Origin: Calcarisporiella thermophila CBS 279.70
Lineage: Eukaryota; Fungi; Calcarisporiellomycota
Reading direction: 5' to 3'
NCBI RefSeq assembly: GCF_041956535.1
Contig: NW_027192206.1
Location: 664,670 to 715,185 of the forward strand
DNA length: 50,516 nucleotides
A program made the translations under genes and the position numbers. The notes beneath the pieces are model-generated. The model was not told where the DNA came from. It saw only the letters and a program-made list of their open reading frames with translations, and ran no database searches. This document shows, in pieces, positions 35,596-47,872 of the stretch. The stretch's first letter is position 1. Each line of letters starts with the position of its first letter.

Positions 35596-36840
35596 CTAAT
35601 CGATGACAATCCCGCATCTCAGATTTAATGCACGTTGACATACACAGCATGAACATTCCCGTGGGTGGCGTTCATACACAGGTACGCCAATGCCAAGGGC
35701 CACCATACTCGCGACTTGCTGCCAAAGTAGATTGTCATGGGCAATAATAAACCACCTACCCGCAGCCTTGCTCATCATCAGATCCGTGGCATCTCCCGGC
35801 TGTATAGGCGTAAAATAATGAAGTGCAGTCATTCCGCCACCATGTTTGCAAGGACCCCCAGGGAACTCCTGCGCGCGCGGAGGCCTAATTTGGATGATTT
35901 CGCCCGTGACTTGGTCGAAAAGCATTCCGTCCTCCATTGGCTCCCACCGTTCACTCTGAACGCAGACGGGTGATGGTCCATTTTCTTTGCCTCCAGAGGC
36001 CAGCCATACCGGGTCGGGCACATACCTATGGTGTGGATCTAAGCACCTGTCTATTTTACACGCTAATAGTTTCAGCACCTGCGGATGAGGTGGATGGGGT
36101 GGCCTAAGCGCACAGTCTTCATTCCCTGGCTGATCTGGAGTCCAAATTTCCTCTTCCCAATCTTCAGTATCGGGCTCAATCTCGTCGCCTTCTTCCAAGC
36201 CGATTTCATTTCAGCGGTCCTCTTCTCCGGTCCACCAGTCTGACATGCTCTCGAATGATCGTGCCTGCATCACTTTAGGTCCCTCAGATATACCAGTTAT
36301 CTTCAGATCAGTTGCCCCTGAAGTAGAAGAAGGTATACCGCTAGAACATATCACCTCCTGCAAAGGATCCTGAGTGCACTCATCATTCATTTTAATCGTG
36401 GCATCAAGATCTTCGTCGTTCCATATTCCTTCGTTGAAGCCATACATTGCGTCCACTTCTTGTATTTATCCTATTGGCGAAGATACTGGTGTGATCGCTG
36501 CTTGCGACGCTAGAAAAGCGGCCGGGTTTGGCCATATAATTTTGTTCAATTGTTCCGCGTTCATTATTGAATCATATAGCGTACGAGTATGTACACAATA
36601 AATGAATCTAGATGGCGACTGCGCAAAATATTGTCTGGGGCGAATATTCGGAGAAAAGGTAAAAGGTCTTTAGTAACGAGCAATTTTTACAGAAAACTTT
36701 GTTAAAGAAGTGGTATATTTTCGAGCAATTTGATGCAGTGGAAAGAATCTTGGCAAGGAGGATTCGTGACCTAGTATAGAGTAATTGTCTACGTGGTAGG
36801 TTCGACTAAAGTAGCTTTTTCCAAGTTAGATTAACTTAGT
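35596..36840 (-). pseudogene. Unknown family copy B (5' leader + N-terminal ~320 codons, 3'-truncated)
   Basis: High nucleotide similarity to 15520-15923 + 16678-17483, without the LTR insertion. Two internal stops. Confidence 0.85.
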
Positions 36841-36858
36841 AAAATAGGAGATTCCAAG

Positions 36859-37091
36859 CTTGATCAGACATACTGTATTTAGAAACTGAAGGATCAAAGT
36901 TTCAGAAATTTCTGCAACTGTTAATATCTCCTTTAAAAATTCAAAACGTGTGTAATAATTTTCGAAGACATATTTACATTTCTCAACTTTCATCGTCAAA
37001 TTTTTATACCTGTTATATACCAATTTATAATACATTTTATATCTTTCTTTTATATATAATGTCTCTTTCCACTTCCATTCCCCGGTTGTTT
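36859..37091 (+). repeat. ~235-bp promoter + start-codon module shared with 48762-48995 (opposite strand)
   Basis: TGATCA.A.ATACTG.ATTTAGAAA...ATCAAAGTTTCAGAA...TGTTAATATCTCCTTTAAAAATTCAAAA...TCCATTCCCCGGTT occurs in both copies. Confidence 0.85.
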
Positions 37092-38410
37092 CCTACCCAA
37101 TATGAAGCCGGGTTTGGGAAAATGCTTGGTACAGCATATTGAAAAAATGTTTATTATAGACAGGAAAAATTTAATATTCCCTATGTCTAACTTAAACCGC
37201 CTTGTTTGGAAAAGTAATTCAATGACTACCCAGTATATATGGTTCAAGTGCATAAGCTCTGAAAATACGCCTTGGATCAGAGTTTCATTGAGAGAAGTTT
37301 ACTTTGCAGATGATCTCAAGACAGCTATCAAAGATAAAAAAAAAATCAAATGCGTTCAGAAAATTATGATGCTGATGAGCTCGTCTTAAAGATCAAGAAA
37401 AGAACAGAGGACGATGATTAAGCAGTCGAATTGACAGACCCGGAAGAGATAATGGCGTCAGGCTTACTGCGTTTCGAAAAAGACTGCAAAGTGTTGGTCG
37501 CAGTTCGTACTGGTAAATAATCCATGTGATGTATTGTCTTTGCCGCAATCATTTGATTTCTTAAAGCACTAATCTTGCACGTTATATGTGCGTATACACA
37601 TCATTTACTACATTTTTTGCATTGACCAATTCCTTGGTAAGTCGTTGGGCGAAAACGTCCTCCAGATGCAGGTGAATGCTTTGCTAACAAGTTGTTTAGT
37701 TAAAATATACTCTTCTAAAATATCTATTTTTCTTAGATGAGGAAGATGAGGAGCTACTTGGGCAGGCAGACATGGACTCTATATTGAGGAGTAGGGCGCA
37801 CTTCAATCAGATCATTGAACAATGCTCTTCAAATCCTGAGGAATCATACTCCAACCCTGATAACTTCATGAGAATTCCCTTTCCCTTTATCGGCACCACT
37901 TCAGTCGACCGCTTTCATTTGTCTGTTGATGGGTATTTTGATTACATGGGTCGCGAGGGATTCACTCGAGTGCTTAAAGAGATAGACCATTTGAGATATC
38001 CTACCGGCTCTACTTAGCTTTTTGTTCATGGGAGTACCGGATATGGAAAATCACATATTCTTGCAGCAATGACGTGCCTACTAATGTTACAAGGGAAAAG
38101 AGTTGTCTACCTCCCAGATTGTCGCAATATGGTACTGAGCTGAGAAACTTATTTTAAAGAGGCTCTTTTCCTTACCTTTGGTGATTCCCCGGAAAATCAG
38201 CGCAAAATAGCAAAATGCAACGCCGCGAAAGAGGTCCTTGCGTTTTGCAATAAAATTTCTAACAAGGAATCCAACCGTCTTTATTTCATAATTGACCAAC
38301 TGAGTGCCCTGGACTACATTTATGACAACGAAGATTGTATTCTAAATAATTTAAAAGAGGATACAAAACGATTTTTAGATGGACCACATATAAGCACTAT
38401 TCCGTAACAA
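37059..38410 (+). pseudogene. Crinkler (CRN)-type gene: ubiquitin-like header + P-loop NTPase, truncated
   Basis: Header YIWFKC...FADDLKTAIK...YDADELVL...KVLVAV, then MGREGF and Walker A FVHGSTGYGKSHILAA..RVVYLPDCR, LYFIIDQ. Several stops and frameshifts. Confidence 0.75.
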
Positions 38411-39587
38411 TCGCATCAACGAATTTTCAGTCAGTACTTCATATTGCTGACAAAATTCACAGTCTATTTGTGTACTTTCGCTTAGATGATATCCTCTAAG
38501 CCTGATTAGATTTTTGATATTCTACGATTATCAGATAATCAAAAGATATCAAAACTACACAACGTGCTATTGAGCATGTTGTGTAGTTCTAAAGTTTTCC
38601 TCTATCACTTAATTTTTTTTTCTATGCCAAACCCTCACGCAATTCTTGAGACTCATGCATGTGCTGCGAAAATATCGACATCTTTTAGCTAAATTGTTGA
38701 AACAGCTCGTTTCGGAAGTAGAATTTTAGACGGTATCGCTTAAGTTTAAATTTTGAATGGGACTTTATCAGATGCTTGTAGAATTTCAAAGTAGATGTCA
38801 AATAGCCGTGAGAGATGCCGGGCCCTCTCCTTTATTCCGCAAAAAAACAAGTTATCCCACCGAGTGGATCCTGTCCATTCGGGTCGTATTCAACGGAATC
38901 ATGGAACAGCAGGTTTGCTACCTGGCTTGCCTTTAGCCCAATACATGGACCTGGCAGGCAGTGACAATGGGCTTGCGCATTTGCGTTGAATGAGGAAGTT
39001 TTCTATTATTAGCCATGCACGCACTGTACAATTCTATGTCGACCTTCATTCTACTGGAAGAATTTACTCTACTATATTTCGTATGGGACTATTTCCGTGG
39101 CCACACGATAATATCCATACTCTAAGACAGGATAAATAGCAAATGCGGAAAGACCACCGTCAAACATCGGCATCTCTTCCGTAGCCTCCTCATCTTGAAG
39201 TAAATTAATCAAAGCAACGGCGATATGCTAAAGCTTCATTTCTACCAATGGCTCTTCGAGCAATCATCCTGTACAAGAACCAAAAAATAACAAGGTCACT
39301 CGGTCAGTGTTCTAGGAAGGCAGTCATGCATCCAGACAGTCAAACCCTTTTTTTGTTGGAAAGTTCAAAATCAACGCTTCATCGGGAATAGCAGATGGTG
39401 TTTATTTCCTTCTATTAAATAGTGAGAGAATGGGATACCCTCATGCATATCCATACTGCACTCGCTCAAGTATAATACAATCATGAAACATAGGCCAGGA
39501 TATATATACAAAAAAAAGTCTTGACGTTAAATAATGGGTTCGTCGCAGGAGGATGACCGTCCGTTCAATGTTGTGGAAGTGATTAAG

Positions 39588-40424
39588 TTAGGCGTCGGAG
39601 CTGTCGTCGTCGGTGTCGTCCGCCACCTGAATGGACTCCTCTGGAGCTGCGCTTTTCTGCTGAGCACTTTGCTCGCTTTCAAATTTGCGGATCTCAGAGC
39701 GCACCCACTTGAGATAGGGCTTGATGAACGTGAAATACTGAGGGTTGCCCTCCTCTCCGCACGCACGTGCCTTCGTACCGTGGCTGACAAGGCCAACGAC
39801 GCGCAGCGATTTGCCCGAGCCGGTGTAGAGCGGGCCGCCGGAGTCGCCATTGCAGACCGAATGGCCGACCGGCTTATCAGAGGTGCAGAACTGCGTCTTG
39901 CTGTCAAAGTTAGGCTTATTCACCTTGCACTCTGCCGCCGTCGCAACCTTCAGAGCCACTTTTTTCAGGTTGGGCGAGTCGCCGCCCTGGTTGTCTGTGT
40001 CGCCAAAGCCTGCCGCCATGATGGTCGAGCCCGCCTTAGGGTACTTCATGCCAATTTTAGCCACGGTCGTGTTCATGGGCTGCTCCACGAAGATTAGGCC
40101 GATATCGTTCAGGTTCTTCTTGCTGTCATACGCTGGATGCGGGACAAACTTGACATCATCAGCGCTGTGACCCTCCCCCTTCAAGTTGCTGCCGTAGATG
40201 ACGCCAGAGTGGGATCGATCGCCCAGGCAGTGCGCGGCTGTCATGATAACACGCGGCGCAATAACAAAAGCGGTGCAAGGGGAACGTCTGTTCCTTATTT
40301 CCGCAATAAATGGCAGCTCATCCGGCTGCACATCCGTTCCACCGATGATGCGTTTATCCAAGCTAGGTGCAGCGGAACAAGCAAGGGCCAGCGAAAGGAT
40401 TGCTAGAACAGAAGAGATGCGCAT
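39588..40424 (-). CDS. Secreted S1 serine protease, intronless, 278 aa, acidic C-terminal tail
   Basis: Likely start MRISSVLAIL (40424), KR-IIGG activation site, TAAHC, NDIGL, GDSGGP. Confidence 0.93.
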   Translation of the reverse strand: MRISSVLAILSLALACSAAPSLDKRIIGGTDVQPDELPFIAEIRNRRSPCTAFVIAPRVIMTAAHCLGDRSHSGVIYGSNLKGEGHSADDVKFVPHPAYDSKKNLNDIGLIFVEQPMNTTVAKIGMKYPKAGSTIMAAGFGDTDNQGGDSPNLKKVALKVATAAECKVNKPNFDSKTQFCTSDKPVGHSVCNGDSGGPLYTGSGKSLRVVGLVSHGTKARACGEEGNPQYFTFIKPYLKWVRSEIRKFESEQSAQQKSAAPEESIQVADDTDDDSSDA

Positions 40425-40882
40425 GGTGTATGAGGAAGTGAGTGAAAAAGCGATGCAGGGTGGGAGATGCGAACTCTCGAAAACAAGTTTAAATAAAAAG
40501 AACACTTCTTGCGAGGTTGGTACCTCCTTCAAGCTAAGGTTGCCTGTATTTATAAAACATATTTTTGGTTGGCCGACCAAAAAAAGGCGTTCGTTTCACT
40601 CCAATCAAACCCTATTAACAGATCTTCCGGCCACGGTTTTGCAGGGTGCCATTGGGTGGCTTGTTTAATATGCATGCTTCCAGAAGAACACACATTACAC
40701 GCAGTGTGCTAAAAATAAACATGGAGTAGCAAACTGTCATACTCGTGCGACTATTGATATAAATAAACTGGGATGACAAATATCTTCTTTTGCTTAGACA
40801 CCACACTCGCAAGCAATATCTTTTGCAAAGAGATGAGTGGTGAAGATTAGGGACCAACAAAATACCTAGAGCGCATGCGGTG

Positions 40883-40929
40883 TTTGGGTTTTAGATCCCC
40901 TAAAAATTTTAAGGGAGCTAAAACCCAAA
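40883..40929. repeat. 23-bp palindrome, possible MITE remnant
   Basis: TTTGGGTTTTAGATCCCCTAAAA-A-TTTTAAGGGAGCTAAAACCCAAA, two mismatches. Confidence 0.7.
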
Positions 40930-41142
40930 TTTTAAGATTGAATCTTAATCGGTAAAGCAGTTTTCAAGGTTAAGTAAGCTGAAAAGTTGTTAGTGAATGT
41001 TAATGAAACAAAACCACCCACCTCTATTCAAGCTTATATACTAAATCGCCCTCGGACCTATACTTAAAATTAAGTACCCATGTCGAGAATTGTCGACACA
41101 AGCGTCATAAGCAGAGCTTAATTTGAGCCAGCCTCTTTATTA

Positions 41143-41424
41143 AAAGCACAGATTAAATAAATTTTATTTAATCTATGCTTTCCTATCTAGACTATCACTA
41201 TATGTACACGCATCAAATGATGATGTCACCCAATGGTCACAAATATAACCATCTAAAATTATAACAGTCCGTTACAGTTCGTGTTTTGAATTTTTGTTTT
41301 AGATAGTTCTTATATTTGTGACCATTGGGTGACATCATCATTAGATGCATGTACATATAGTGATAGTTTATATATATGAATTAAGCAAGCGGAACTTTCT
41401 CCTATCTTAACTATCCTAGTAACA
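41143..41424. repeat. Stacked inverted repeats in an LTR-like segment
   Basis: Hairpin 41143-41181 (19-bp arms) and 58-bp arms at 41191-41248 / 41310-41367 (2 mismatches). 41304-41424 is directly repeated, diverged, at 42858-42980; both copies end ACTATCCTA...AACA. Confidence 0.8.
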
Positions 41425-41429
41425 GCGAC

Positions 41430-41766
41430 AAAATGAGATGTAAAATCGTTTCGCAGTGTTGAAGGTGTTCGTCGATTCCGTTTTACTCGAGACAATTAGG
41501 ACGTAAATATTCACAATTGCAATATCCAATTTGAATTGGCCCAGGAGTCGGTCCATGCGACGTTGAAACACAGCTGGTCCGTTTTTGACACCGAAGGGCT
41601 TTCGAGTGAACCTTTTGAGCCCAAGCTGGATCCGAAAAGCAGTTTTAGCTCTGTCGTCGGGAGTTGCCAAAAGGACTTGGTGGAACCCTTTGTTCGCATC
41701 AAACGTCGAGAATCATGATTCACCCGAAAAGTGCTGGAGTAAATCATCTACGCGTGGTATCGGTAG
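41430..41766 (-). mobile_element. Degenerate Ty3/gypsy reverse transcriptase fragment
   Basis: PIPRVDDLL...FSTFDANKGFHQV...DRAKTAF...PFGVKNGPAVFQRRMD. The YxDD motif has decayed to NIYV and there is an internal stop. Confidence 0.88.
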
Positions 41767-42310
41767 CTATCCGGGTTATAAAATAAGGAAAAACAATTTC
41801 CGATGGTTCTTTCAAGCGTCATTTATAATTGGAAAGAGTTCCCCAAACAGCGGTTACAAACTGGACCATAATTTTCGAAGTAGCATCTTACCAACAGATC
41901 CTTTACCCTGGAGATCGTCTCTGGTGAAGCTATCGATAGAGTCTCGACCACTGGCGCTTCTACGTTGCCTACACTATTATTATTCTTTAACTTCCACTTA
42001 CTTTATACAGATTGAGAAGCAACAGCATGCAACAGGACTCATTGATATTAAAGCAATTCAGCTTCCAAATGTCCACTAGCATCGAAGCCTGTCCTCGTAA
42101 CGGATTAAGAATATTTTCCGCATTCTGACTCTACAAAATAACTATAACTCTTTAACTCTATCTAATATGAGGAATTCATAATGACTCTATGAACTCAAGA
42201 ATATAATAAGCCAGCTCCTATAGAAAATTTTTGAAGAAAATTTTTAAGATACGTGCCCAATTAATTTGGATAAAAAATTTTTCGGACACTTTTCCCTATG
42301 AACCTAAGCG

Positions 42311-42490
42311 CTCGAGTCGCATAAACTGTCAACTAGCGAGCAAAATTATGCGACACACGAGAAAGAACTTTTCGCGACAGTGCATGCATTAATGGCCTGG
42401 AAACATTATCTACATGGACAACCATTCACGGTTTATTCAGATTATGCGTCACTCAGATATTTCCAGACTCAGCCAACGCTTACGCGTAAA
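42311..42490 (+). mobile_element. Ty3/gypsy RNase H fragment
   Basis: ESHKLSTSEQNYATHEKELFATVHALMAWKHYLHGQPFTVYSDYASLRYF; not in the ORF track. Confidence 0.88.
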
Positions 42491-42857
42491 GATATTCTCC
42501 TGTTCGATCACTTTATGCGCTCGCCCGAATAATTACGGTACGCGGCATGGATGTTTGAAAAATTCGTGTGTTTTTACTTAACATACGCATATCACTTTCA
42601 TTTATCTAAACTATAATTTAAAACTTCCTTAATATTAAATAGAAGGCATAGCCTTTCTATTCATGTATGTGATGGGGGTTTTTATTTGGAGAGAAAGATT
42701 TAACTCCGTATGAATTATTACAATCTCAAATGTACGTATATATATCAAATAAATGATGTCGTAGCTACATAACACAGAGATTAAGAAGATCTGAAAGTAA
42801 TATATGTTAATAATTAACAAAAATTTACAAATTATTTGTAAATTTGTAAATTTTTGC

Positions 42858-42980
42858 TAGTTCTTATATTTGTGACTACTGGCTGACATCACTATTTTTT
42901 GGGTGTATATTTTGGGCAATTTTGAATAAGAAGCGGAGTTATTACCTATCTTTCCTATCTCAAACTATCCTATTCCAACA
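42858..42980 (+). repeat. Second LTR-like copy (partial, diverged)
   Basis: Shares TAGTTCTTATATTTGTGAC...TGACATCA...AAGCGGA...CCTATCT..ACTATCCTA with 41304-41424 and ends CCAACA. Confidence 0.6.
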
Positions 42981-44517
42981 GAACTCATGATCAAAGTGAT
43001 ACGTCATCATGAATTTCTAATGTTAATATGCTTCGAGGACAGTCTTCAATGCTAGTGGATATGTGAAAGTTGAATTGCTTGAATATCAGTGACCCCTGTT
43101 ACATGCTGTTGCTTTTCAATCTGTATAAAGTATGTGGAAGTTATATAATAATAGTGTTTTCAAAATTGAAGCGCCAGTAGTCGAGACTCTATCAACAGCT
43201 TCACCAGAGGCGATCTTCAGGAAAATGGGACTGTTTGTAAGAGGTTGCTTTGAGAGTTATGGTCGAGTTTGTAACCGTTGTTTGGGGAACTCTTTCCAAT
43301 TATAAACGACGCTTGAAAGAACCATCTATAATAGTTCTTTCTCCAGAGCTTACTGTAGATTCATTTCGTCAATACTGTCATCGACAGTACTTTAACAAAA
43401 AAATTGGGAGTAGTAAGACACAGAAGCAACGCTTTGAAATATATTTTGACGATCCAAGATTATTTCAGGAAGGGGTCTAAAGTTGGAACTTTGATTATCA
43501 TGTGTAATCTATTAGTACTATATCGCATTTGGCTCTAATTCAGCAATCCAATTCATCTGAAAGTCGGGGAATTAGTTTCATCAGCATATTAAGGTGACTC
43601 CAGCATCTAATATCTCTAAGTATTGGACCGTATATACTGTAGCAGAGGAAGCCAAATTTGTTTTGTTATGAACGGCAGTGCATGCAATAGATAATACGCC
43701 AACGATTGAATCCGTAGCCTGCGAAAGAGAGAAGAGTATTTTTAATATACTCTTCAACTGGTTTAGAGTCTGCCTACAAAAGTTTTTAACGTAACCAATT
43801 CCATAGAGTACTGGAGGTTCTCACATATTGATGTAAATATACTGTACTTCCATTCGACTCTGTCCATTGGAGTAGGGCAATTTTAGTGAAAATACACTGG
43901 ACTGCAAGTTGATGGACTAAACTGTTCCAAGTACTCATTATTTTATAATAAAACATAAAATAGTTGATAATAGCATAATATCGTAAATTACTTATCTAAG
44001 AAGAGATTCAACTTACGTACGTAAAATGATTCATAATTTTTTACAGTATATTCTGCACTAATTTGTTACTCTGTGTATATCCACAGTACTGATATGAATA
44101 ATTACAACTGTGATCATAACTTGTCCACATTCCTCGCACAGAATACCTGTTCTTCATTAAAATAACTTAAGGGAAGCCTAAGAAATATCAAGTCCATTCC
44201 TGATTCAAAGAAAAAATGCCTAATTCTATTTTGGGTAATTCTATTTGTGTCCCTGGTACAATATCAAACAATGAGGAAATTGGGGTTAATCCGATATTGG
44301 TATAAACCAAACAGCACGCCTCGAATATGATACTCGAAATGGAACTCTTGGAGTTTCATTTAGGTTGGATACTGTTACTATGCGAAAAATCCATCGTCAC
44401 AGACGTTTGTTTCTCGGGCATCCGTTAACAATAAATTAGACGCCTTCTGGAAACAATCTCTCTCACGCATATATAACTCTTCGTTCTCTTCTTGCTCACA
44501 CAACTGCAGCTGTAATA

Positions 44518-45247
44518 ATGGCAATTCCACTAGATCGCGCTAGGGATGTGGAGCAGGCAATGCAAGAGGGGAAGAGAGAGCAAGAGGAGATTGCTTCTCG
44601 AGGCTCATCGGGTCGGGTTCCTGTAGGAAGCCAAGGTAAACAAAATTAGGAATGAGAGTGAAATGCCTGGTTTTTTCATCCCTCGGTTTCCTCTTCGTAA
44701 ATTTTTGGTTGCAAATCATTTAGCTGCCCGTTTCCAAAGTCAAGCAGACCAGGTATCAGAGGCGATTCGGCAAACTCAATATCCCACGGAAGTTACTTCT
44801 GGTCCAGAATTGGTAGCCGAAGAAGCTACCTTGGCCGGAGAACAAGGAGTTTCGTCTCCTGATGCCGTCGTGACGGAAAAGGAAGAGCAAGATTGTCTCA
44901 GAGAATTAAAGCGCGTGGCGAAAGATGAGTCGCAAAGGCTACCAGGGCTCTCTCAGGAGAGAGGGTCAGCTGCTGCCAAAGCTCAGAGCGCATTTGGGAA
45001 ATATACATCCGCAGTGGCCACCGAGCACGGTGTAAGCCCACAAGAGGTGGCGGGGTCCGTAAGGCCGGCGCCTAAGGGACAGGTGGATGTCGATGAGTTG
45101 GCGGCTTATTTGAAACAAGAAGCGTCAGATCGCCTGTCCTATGAACAATTAATGGAAGGACAAATATTGAAAGGTACCCCAGCCTCGAAGGTGCAATCCG
45201 CGGCGGATCGATTATCGCAGGTTGCAGAAATGGAAAAGGGACGCTAG
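44518..45247 (+). CDS. SMP/LEA-like hydrophilic stress protein (2 exons)
   Basis: Intron 44636-44723. Repeated GSQAARFQSQAD / GSAAAKAQSA / GTPASKVQSAAD motifs; TATA near 44469. Confidence 0.7.
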
Positions 45248-45896
45248 AAGCTGATTATCAAAACGTCTGCTATGTGGGTCTGGTTAACCCTGATGAAGTG
45301 ATAGGATTGCATACAATATATACGAAGCTGATGCCTATTTTCATAATAAGCATATGTGAATATTTTTCTTTGGCTTTTACATTAACCGATTGTATGTACT
45401 TAATGTAGAGCATGGACTAAATCGATTTAAAAGAGAAAAAAATAAAAACTTTAAAGTACATGTAGGTAATTTTCTGTTTGACTGGTATCTATAGTCAAAT
45501 GCAATGCAGCACTATGGATAAGACTTTGTTAATTTTTCCATGCAATTGTTAACCAAGTAAACGGATATAAGCATTATTGTAACGGCAAAGGAGTAACTCT
45601 GACGTCATAAAATTTCATACAAAACCCTCCAACATTATATTTACAAATATTTAAAATACTACACTTTGATATTATTCCTGTAACTAATGTAATAGCAATT
45701 TTCATATTTTACAATATAAATAGTAGTGGTTAAGATTATTGACTCACCACATTAAAGCCTACTTCAACCCGACTATACCTCCATAATAAACTATAATCAA
45801 AATTACAATATTAATTATATAATCCCACTCACACCGTTATTATTTAATATACAGCAATATATTTGTTAATAGGCTTTTTTTTTTTTAAATAATTAC

Positions 45897-46485
45897 TCAT
45901 AGTATCCTTAGTTTCATCCAAAACACTCGCTTGGATTCGAAGCGAAAGATTGAATCGATATTATCTTTAGCTGACACATCGATAACGAGTTCCTTAATAA
46001 GACCAGTAGGCAAGTCGTAGACCCAGCCATGAACGGTCACCATATGATTGGACTCCCATGCATTCTGAAGGATGGTAGTGTGGCAGAGATTGAAAACGGA
46101 TTTTTTCACATTACATTCTATCAACTTAGCCAGTCGCTCCTCGACGCTATTAAATACTACATTTTTCAATTTCGTATTAAATCGTGGTTAAAGTCGCTTT
46201 TTTTTACAGTATATATAATGGTAAGTGATCACTTACCGTCGATCTCATCCTTGGTGGCTAAGATTGTTGCACAAGAGTTCAATTATTAAGCGCAGTTGAG
46301 TGAAAAATAATTTAGTTAGAATATCTAACAGCGCCATGCCTGAGTATTAATTGGTTATATTGGTATTTACCGGCATATATATCTTTGATGGAATGAAGCC
46401 AATTGTCAATAAAACCATACTGCTTGTTTTGCATAGATGCCGTAATGCCACCACAATGATTATGACCGCAAACAAAGATGTGATC
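45897..46485 (-). pseudogene. Beta-carbonic anhydrase, 5'-truncated
   Basis: HIFVCGHNHCGG, IDNWLHSIKD, ECNV..SV.NL and VHGWVYD over three spliceable exons. The upstream exons with the CxDSR Zn motif were not found. Confidence 0.85.
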
Positions 46486-47045
46486 ATTTTATTGATATAC
46501 AATGTTAATAAGGTTTATAATTATGAGGGAATATTCATATATAGTAATTCCTCTCTGACCTAAGCAATTGAAGAATTGACGTTGTTAAAAATTTAACAAT
46601 TAGATACTTCAACCACACATTTAGTAAATATTTATCCTCTCATCACCTCTACTGTGAATATTAAACTAATGTATTATCTATTTGTAATTTTTTTTTCCAA
46701 ATACATTTTAAAAAATATAAATGTGTCAGAGATTTTATGATTGAAATGTCGTAAATCGTGCTAACCCTGTGTTTATCTTGGCCAAGATGCTAATAGGAGT
46801 CGGACGGAGTAACAATTGACAATAAAAACAGCACGAAAAGCTCTATGACATAACGTAAATTTTTGGCAGGGTAAGCACGCGACAAGACTTATTTGCGGAG
46901 AATCATATATAATCAAGGATTGCTATAAAAAGGCCATGGAGTATTCACGATAACCATCCATCTTATCCTCAAACATCCTGAGAGCATTTTATTTAACACA
47001 GTTCAAGCGTTCCAACTTTTTCCAGTAAAATAAACTAGAGCCAAC

Positions 47046-47675
47046 ATGAATGTAAATGTGAGTATCATTTTGTCAAAATCAAGTTATAGGAACCGTGGCA
47101 TCATGTGCTTTTATATAATATCAGCACATCACCCTTGTTACTGTTTCTGACTATTTCTTTTTGTAATTAGAGCTTTCCTACCGTGTGTCAAAAGCTGTTG
47201 GAGGCCAAGGATAAAGCCAGGTTGTCGTAAGTAAATTAATAGACTCGATTGGATATTGATAACGATAACATTGGTCATCTAACAAAAGGGTATTTGGGTG
47301 ATAGCTTCGCTCAAATATCAAATCATATTAATCATGAAGAAATGTGGGTTGCAGCTTTGTCCTATGGACAGGTAAATGCTACCTTTTAGATTACTGCCAT
47401 GTGTAATTTATCAAACAAACAATTATGATTTAATTAGGCTTCGCCCTCCGCCGAAGATATTAAAGGCCCTTCCCAGATCCTCAATATCTCTGAAGAGTAT
47501 TTGACCGAGAGCTTTGGTTCTCGCGACTGCGGAATGGTTGAGCGTGGAACGTATGGGTTCAAATTTTAACCAATTTTTGAAACATAATCAATCCTCATAT
47601 TGTATAATTGATAGCCTGATTACCAGCTTGCCTCCCCGTGATCCCGTCCTTTATCGTCTCAATAAGATGATGATG
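47046..47675 (+). pseudogene. cyn1: Cyanate hydratase (cyanase), 3'-truncated
   Basis: Five exons (47046-47057, 47171-47226, 47305-47371, 47438-47550, 47615-47675) give KLLEAKDKARLSFAQI...EEMWVAALSYGQA...PPRDPVLYRL. The catalytic C-terminal exon (EKFGDGIMSAIDF type) was not found downstream. Confidence 0.85.
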
Positions 47676-47872
47676 GTAAGCAATTCATTTTATTCAGCAT
47701 GAAATATGTAGTCTAATGCTCAAATATTCAATTATCTCTACATATTATTTTCGATTTCAATATCACGATATGAACAGCAATAGTTTCGGCATTCTAATAT
47801 TCCAACAATATTCGTAATTTTTCGTATTTTTACATTTTTATTTTTCTTTATTTCCTCGTGATATGGGAGATT

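Noticed and set aside
2080-38143. TGA reassignment or selenocysteine explaining several in-frame TGA codons
   Set aside because: The TGAs replace different residues (Arg, Trp and others), mostly in genes that also have frameshifts or TAA/TAG stops, and intact genes here end in TGA.
39527-40668. Long overlapping ORFs over the protease (likewise over 11603-12244 and 19935-21665)
   Set aside because: Antisense or alternate-frame shadows of GC-rich coding sequence; the extension to 40580 is also rejected because the signal peptide starts at 40424.
43250-43930. Possible decayed gene
   Set aside because: Partly open frames but no recognisable motif; cannot be supported without a search.
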